From an uncultured Nitrososphaerales archaeon (GTDB taxonomy: Archaea; Thermoproteota; Nitrososphaeria; Nitrososphaerales; Nitrososphaeraceae): a DNA stretch of 64,000 nucleotides. Positions 59,082 through 64,000 of the stretch are shown here, in pieces; positions within the stretch are counted from its first letter, which is position 1; each line of letters begins with the position of its first letter. Under the pieces are notes generated by a model. That model was given only the letters and a program-made list of their open reading frames with translations, did not search any database and had not been told where the DNA came from. The DNA is taken from positions 1-64,000 of the forward strand of contig CAWJCY010000001.1 in NCBI GenBank assembly GCA_963841565.1. Reading direction: 5' to 3'. The translations under genes were made by a program, and so were the position numbers.

Positions 59082-59683
59082 TAAGGGGGTTGAAGAAGTC
59101 CAGAATCGAAGAGCTGTTCCACCAGTTGCAGCACCTCTTTCTCAACTTGCTCTCTGGTCATGCCAAGTTTCTTTGCGAAATCATCGGCCAACTCGGTTAC
59201 CGTCTTGGTACCCTCACAAGAATTCCAGAAATCTACAATGGCCTGATTGACCATGAACGCCTGATTACTATCGTTTAACAAGACCATAGAACCATCTTCT
59301 TGAGGAGTCAGTTTACCAGTCTTCGCAGGTTTATATTTTTCATAGTCTATTTGAAACCGCAATTTGGGTTTTCCAATTCCCAATCGTTGTCTGACTACAG
59401 GATTAATCTTTTCGCTTGTCCATGGAGGATCCCAAACAATTTTGACATCTATATTTCCAATCCCTGTAATTTTGCCTACCGAACGCTTGACGTCACTAAC
59501 AAGGGTATCATGAAGGGGACAGCCCCTAGTAGTCATAGTCATTTCTATTCCGACATCATTTGTCGGATGCACCCTTACATTATATATAAGACCAAGGTCC
59601 ACCACGTTAACCGGAATTTCAGGATCCATACACTTTCGCAACGCGTTGAACACCTGCTCATCGGTAACTTTCTGCGAGGACAT
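59081..59683 (-). CDS. DUF59/SufT Fe-S assembly domain fused to a PqqD-like domain
   Basis: DPEIPVNVVDLGL, TTRGCP, VWDPPW; C-terminal MVLLN...FMVNQ...FWNSCEG.KTV.EL...LVEQLFDSGLL. Confidence 0.85.
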   Translation of the reverse strand: MSSQKVTDEQVFNALRKCMDPEIPVNVVDLGLIYNVRVHPTNDVGIEMTMTTRGCPLHDTLVSDVKRSVGKITGIGNIDVKIVWDPPWTSEKINPVVRQRLGIGKPKLRFQIDYEKYKPAKTGKLTPQEDGSMVLLNDSNQAFMVNQAIVDFWNSCEGTKTVTELADDFAKKLGMTREQVEKEVLQLVEQLFDSGLLQPP

Positions 59684-59749
59684 CTAGGATTTCTTACCAA
59701 AGACTCGTTAAATACTTTGTTCCGCAGTATTTATCTTAGCACCCTCTCC

Positions 59750-60811
59750 TTAATGACGTCTGCTTCGTTTGATAATCGTATCGATACTTCTCTGAAAAGG
59801 TGGTTCGAGTAGACCTAATTCAGTTATTATGCCAGTGACAAGATTTGGAGGTGTGATGTCGAAAGCTGGATTAATGGTATTAATACCCTTAGGAGCAATA
59901 GGGATGTTCTTGATTTTTGTAATCTCATCAGGCGATCTGTCTTCGATCTTTATTTCAGATATGGAGCTTTTTAAATCAAATGTCGAAATGGGGGCAGCAA
60001 CATAGAAAGGTATCTTGTGAATATGGGCCAAAATGGCAATCTGGTAAGTACCGATTTTATTATAGACGTGTCCTGTACGTAAAATTCTGTCGGCCCCTAC
60101 AATAACCTTGTCAACCATCTTATTTGCCATCACATATCCAACTGCAGTATCAGAAATCAAACGTACATCAAAATCGTCATGCATTAATTCAAAGGCTGTT
60201 AACCTTGAGCCTTGCATTACTGGCCTAGTTTCAGTGGCAATCACCTTCAAATTTTTTCCATCTTCTCTTGCAGCCCTGAGCACACCCAACGCCGTTCCGT
60301 ACGTTGAAGTTGCAAGTGAACCCGCGTTACAATGCGTCATAACTACGTCTCCATCATAAAACAAATCTGAACCTGCTCTCCCCATTTTTTTGTTAGTAAG
60401 AATGTCGTCATCGAGCATTGCCAGCGCCTCCCGCTTAACCAATCGCCTTATTTCCTTGACATTCTTACCTCTTGAAGAGATGTGTAGAATTCTCTTAACT
60501 GCCCAGTTGATGTTAACAGCGGTTGGTCGAGTAGATATTAATAGACTACCTGCCCTTTCCAACTCTGATTTCAAGCCCTTTTCGGTTTTCGCCTTGCTAT
60601 TTATTGTCACCAACAACAAAGCCAAAGCAGCGCATATGCCTATCGCAGGAGCTCCTCTTACTACCAAAGACTTTATAGCTTTTGCGATCTCGTGATGATC
60701 TGTGCACCTTATGTAAACTAATTTGTTAGGAAGTTCAGTTTGATCAATGATCTGAACTGCGTTTCGTCGCCACTGAACCGTTAATAATTCCTTTCTATAA
60801 AGAGATTTCAT
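59750..60811 (-). CDS. mtnA: methylthioribose-1-phosphate isomerase
   Basis: DQTELP, VRGAPAIG, RPTAVN, THCNAGSLAT, ETRP..QGSRLT, NKIGTY. Confidence 0.95.
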   Translation of the reverse strand: MKSLYRKELLTVQWRRNAVQIIDQTELPNKLVYIRCTDHHEIAKAIKSLVVRGAPAIGICAALALLLVTINSKAKTEKGLKSELERAGSLLISTRPTAVNINWAVKRILHISSRGKNVKEIRRLVKREALAMLDDDILTNKKMGRAGSDLFYDGDVVMTHCNAGSLATSTYGTALGVLRAAREDGKNLKVIATETRPVMQGSRLTAFELMHDDFDVRLISDTAVGYVMANKMVDKVIVGADRILRTGHVYNKIGTYQIAILAHIHKIPFYVAAPISTFDLKSSISEIKIEDRSPDEITKIKNIPIAPKGINTINPAFDITPPNLVTGIITELGLLEPPFQRSIDTIIKRSRRH

Positions 60812-60820
60812 CGAATGTTC

Positions 60821-62287
60821 CTATATACTCGGCTTCTGAATTTTCATCGGGGTAGTCATATTCTTGCCAACCCCCATTGAGACGAGATTTGGTCCAAAGG
60901 CATTTGAAGTGTCAATTATACCTCTACCGTCATATACAACTGCGTTCCCAACTTCCTTGACACTAAGATTAGAATATTCGGTATGATCGGCTACTATGAT
61001 AATCAGGTCGGCACCTTTCAATGACGATGCCAAATCGTCGCTCAAGCTCACACCAGGATACTTGGATAGGGCTGAATCACACACCACCAACGGGTCATGC
61101 ACCTGAATAGTCTTTACACCCTTCTTAAAGAGTTCTTCAATTACTCTGTAAGTAGGGGACAGCCTAGTATCTGAAACACCCCCTCTAAAGGCGAGTCCAA
61201 GAAGAGTGACTCTACAATCCTTGAGATTCTCTGTCCCAGTTTGAACTCTTTGATAGGCACTCAATGCTTCGTTGACGGCATATGCAGGCATTCCTTCGTT
61301 AACCAGACGACCGTACTTAGTGATTGGAGATTCAATGCTCTTTTTACGAGCAATATCAAGGACAAATTGAGGATACACGGGTATGCAAGCCCCTCCTACG
61401 CCTATGCCCGGTCTGTGAAGATGACAATATGACTGAGAATTAGCAGCATTTCTGGCTTCCCAAAAATCTACTCCTATCCTCTCCGAAATCATGGCCAGTT
61501 CGTTGGCAAGAGCGATATTCACGTCTCTGTATACACCTTCAATTAGTTTTTCAAATTCTGCTGTTCTTGGCGATGAAAGTTTTATGACTCCCTTTTTGAA
61601 GATTAACTGATATAGTACTGATGCAATATTCGAGCTCCGAGGTCCAGTTCCTGCCACAATTGCGGGGTATCCATCCTCGATATCATGTATGGCCCTACCC
61701 TCGTATATCCTCTCAGGGTTGTATACCACAAAAAAGTCTCTCTCGCATTCTAGTCGAGAATTCTCTTCGAGGATTGGTAAAATAAAGTCCTCAGTTGTTC
61801 CAGGAGGAACGCTTGGTGTTAATGCAACCACATCGCCATGCTTAAGGCCAATACCTATAGAAGAGACGACGTTCTCGACAGCTTGTAGATTGGCATTCGC
61901 ATTTTCTGCCATCACAGGTACGCAAATCATCTTGAAAAATGAATCCTTTGAGGCAGCCACAGGGTCATCATAGACCGAAAATCGATTCTCTTTGAGTCCT
62001 TTTGCAAAGGCCTCATTGACATAAGGCTCCGGAATCTGGGTTTTCCCTTCTCTTGCGTATTCTCTGACCTTCTCAGATTTATCAATCCCAATAACGGAAG
62101 CACCGGCTCTTAACCAGGCGGCAGCCAGCGGTGCACCCACATGCCCAAGTCCATATATTGCTATTTTCAAATTACCATTTCTTATTCTCGTAACTAGTTC
62201 CTCAAGGTAATTGACTGTGTGAACTGATTGAGCATTTTCATCAGCATTGACTTCCGATCTTATATCATCCATCTTGTGACTCCCCAT
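60821..62287 (-). CDS. nucleotide-sugar (UDP-ManNAc/UDP-GlcNAc type) 6-dehydrogenase
   Basis: GLGHVG, PERIYEG, RDVNIALANE, PGIGVGGACIP, LGLAFR...DTRLSP. Confidence 0.92.
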   Translation of the reverse strand: MGSHKMDDIRSEVNADENAQSVHTVNYLEELVTRIRNGNLKIAIYGLGHVGAPLAAAWLRAGASVIGIDKSEKVREYAREGKTQIPEPYVNEAFAKGLKENRFSVYDDPVAASKDSFFKMICVPVMAENANANLQAVENVVSSIGIGLKHGDVVALTPSVPPGTTEDFILPILEENSRLECERDFFVVYNPERIYEGRAIHDIEDGYPAIVAGTGPRSSNIASVLYQLIFKKGVIKLSSPRTAEFEKLIEGVYRDVNIALANELAMISERIGVDFWEARNAANSQSYCHLHRPGIGVGGACIPVYPQFVLDIARKKSIESPITKYGRLVNEGMPAYAVNEALSAYQRVQTGTENLKDCRVTLLGLAFRGGVSDTRLSPTYRVIEELFKKGVKTIQVHDPLVVCDSALSKYPGVSLSDDLASSLKGADLIIIVADHTEYSNLSVKEVGNAVVYDGRGIIDTSNAFGPNLVSMGVGKNMTTPMKIQKPSI

Positions 62288-62665
62288 ATGGGAAAGATGT
62301 AATTAATATCTATCATTTTCAAATATAACGCCTAGTCTTGCCAAGAAAGCAAAATTATTTGTAGATTAGCCATGGATATTTATTCGCATAGGAGCTATCT
62401 TAAGGGAAGTAGGATATCAATAGAGCAAATATTGTTACAGATTAGCAAAATCTAACAACACTGCACTGCTTCCGCTCCCTCAACTAAATTCATCTGAATT
62501 TCAAGATGCATTCGGCTTACAGCAAGCGAGTTAAAGGACTGCGAGGTAGCAGTACTCGGTCCACTTGAAAAGATACCTAGTATGAATTAGCATGAAAAGG
62601 CATTCACAAGAATGATTTACCTTCGTAACGCCTGACTTTTAAGTTCATCTTAGACAATATTTTAA

Positions 62666-63091
62666 CTACTCTTGCTTGTTTACAAACGCCTTGACATGAT
62701 GACAGATTCGATCCATTGTCTGGACCAGCTCTTCATACACATGTAACTCCTGCTGATGCTTCCATTTTCCATATACACGAACATGATCTTCGAGAGGATC
62801 GATATAGATTTCTCCTTCCTCAAGTAATACATTTCGGAGATAACTGTTTAATTGTTGGTCTTTACTCACTATCTCAGCAATCTTTCCCCCTTCCCAATTG
62901 ACACTGATAACTTGCTTCTTAGAAAAATGGCCGCTGGTGCTAGGCTTACATTTCGCAATCAACTCAGAGGGGTTACTAACGCTACCCATCACTATGAAAT
63001 GCATTTGAAAGTAGTCAAGGGCACCATATGACGGTAAGGTATTGTCCTTGTCACGTGTAGAGAGCTCACCTGATTCACGCACTAACGACAT
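62666..63091 (-). CDS. hypothetical protein
   Basis: 141-aa ATG ORF with TTTTTATAAA upstream. Confidence 0.65.
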   Translation of the reverse strand: MSLVRESGELSTRDKDNTLPSYGALDYFQMHFIVMGSVSNPSELIAKCKPSTSGHFSKKQVISVNWEGGKIAEIVSKDQQLNSYLRNVLLEEGEIYIDPLEDHVRVYGKWKHQQELHVYEELVQTMDRICHHVKAFVNKQE

Positions 63092-63209
63092 TTTAGATTC
63101 GTTTCTTCTCCACTTTATAAAAACTATTACTTGACAATCAGAAATATACTATTAGTTTCTGGATTTCTACCCTAAATAAGGACTCTTAAGTTTTCTCCCT
63201 ACTAAAAGT

Positions 63210-63587
63210 TCACAGTCTAGCCTCTCGCAGAATGTTGTACAAGACCATGACATACCTTCTCACAAATTTTGATAATTGTGAAGCGTCTTGGAATTTTTCG
63301 ATGTCGTTCGCCAGTGCCATCGTTAGTCTCCGTGGGAGTTTGAGCTCGTCGTCAAGATAAATGAGAAATGCGTAGTAAAGAGCCTTGAGAAGGGCCTGTT
63401 GTTTGTCCTTCTCGACATTTGGATCTGCCATCATCTTTGAGAGAATGAATGAGAACTTGGCAGTTAGAATAACTTTTTCATGCCCAACGACACTAGAATC
63501 ATCAATTTTGATTATTCCCATTCTTAGAAGATCTTCAATACTAGCAGCGACATTTTCCACTGTTTCTTCATGATTAGATTCAGACAT
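63210..63587 (-). CDS. hypothetical protein
   Basis: 125-aa ATG ORF co-oriented with its neighbours. Confidence 0.55.
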   Translation of the reverse strand: MSESNHEETVENVAASIEDLLRMGIIKIDDSSVVGHEKVILTAKFSFILSKMMADPNVEKDKQQALLKALYYAFLIYLDDELKLPRRLTMALANDIEKFQDASQLSKFVRRYVMVLYNILREARL

Positions 63588-63610
63588 TGAATAGGATTAA
63601 GAAATTTGAT

Positions 63611-63997
63611 TCATACAACCGTATTAACAATTCGCATATACTCCTCTATTAAGATAGAATCGACTATACCTTGAACCACTGATTCCCGACCAGTCGATAG
63701 GATGATATCCAAAGCTACTGCACTATAGGGAACATCAAATCGATTTATGATTTCTAATTCTTGGCTATCAATTATCAGATCATTTCTTGACTGGTGTCTC
63801 TTGAAGCCTAGTATCCTACCTATTTTTCTACTGCCAGAACCACCTGCACGTCCACCCGCAGACCCTAATGACTCCTCTACTAATAGTACAAAAACTGTGC
63901 AGTCTTCAGATTTTCTCAAGTCAATGTCAGTTGAAGCTACAACAAGTTTACGAGTTGGAATTAATAGTACTTCTTCAAGTGAGCCATAATTCGTCAT
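63611..63997 (-). CDS. hypothetical protein
   Basis: 128-aa ORF with a Gly-rich EESLGSAGGRAGGSG segment. Confidence 0.6.
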   Translation of the reverse strand: MTNYGSLEEVLLIPTRKLVVASTDIDLRKSEDCTVFVLLVEESLGSAGGRAGGSGSRKIGRILGFKRHQSRNDLIIDSQELEIINRFDVPYSAVALDIILSTGRESVVQGIVDSILIEEYMRIVNTVV

Positions 63998-64000
63998 GGT

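Overview
Archaeal chromosome segment, most consistent with a soil-type ammonia-oxidising archaeon (Nitrososphaeraceae): leaderless-type TATA promoters, an 11-subunit complex I in the order nuoABCDHIJKMLN, the rpoN-eno-rps2-MEMO-mvk-ipk-fni-idsA-gltX cluster, PriS/PriL and a MEDS protein. Bases 1 to ~13100 are the right arm of an element integrated at the 3' end of tRNA-Ile2(CAU); its left end lies outside the window. The element carries a tyrosine integrase, a divergent wHTH regulator and one leftward operon: RHH/CopG-like protein, Cys-rich protein, a wHTH + Rep_trans-like rolling-circle initiator (catalytic RVYSK...RLE end hidden behind a frameshift), a coiled-coil protein, a 49-aa ORF and a 949-aa fused TopoVIB-TopoVIA (Topo VIII-like) enzyme with non-canonical catalytic residues. 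Cargo includes a minimal DPPY methyltransferase, two paralogous HTH proteins and a ~60% GC bacterial-looking SnoaL gene. This element is the best candidate for an undescribed system. The rest is core genome, with four tRNAs (tRNA-Glu has a 15/16 D-loop intron), a GDGT ring synthase-like radical SAM enzyme, a CADD-like protein and a SufT-PqqD fusion. Many single-base frameshifts, including in essential genes, indicate indel errors in the assembly. All family calls come from motif recognition by eye; no searches were run.
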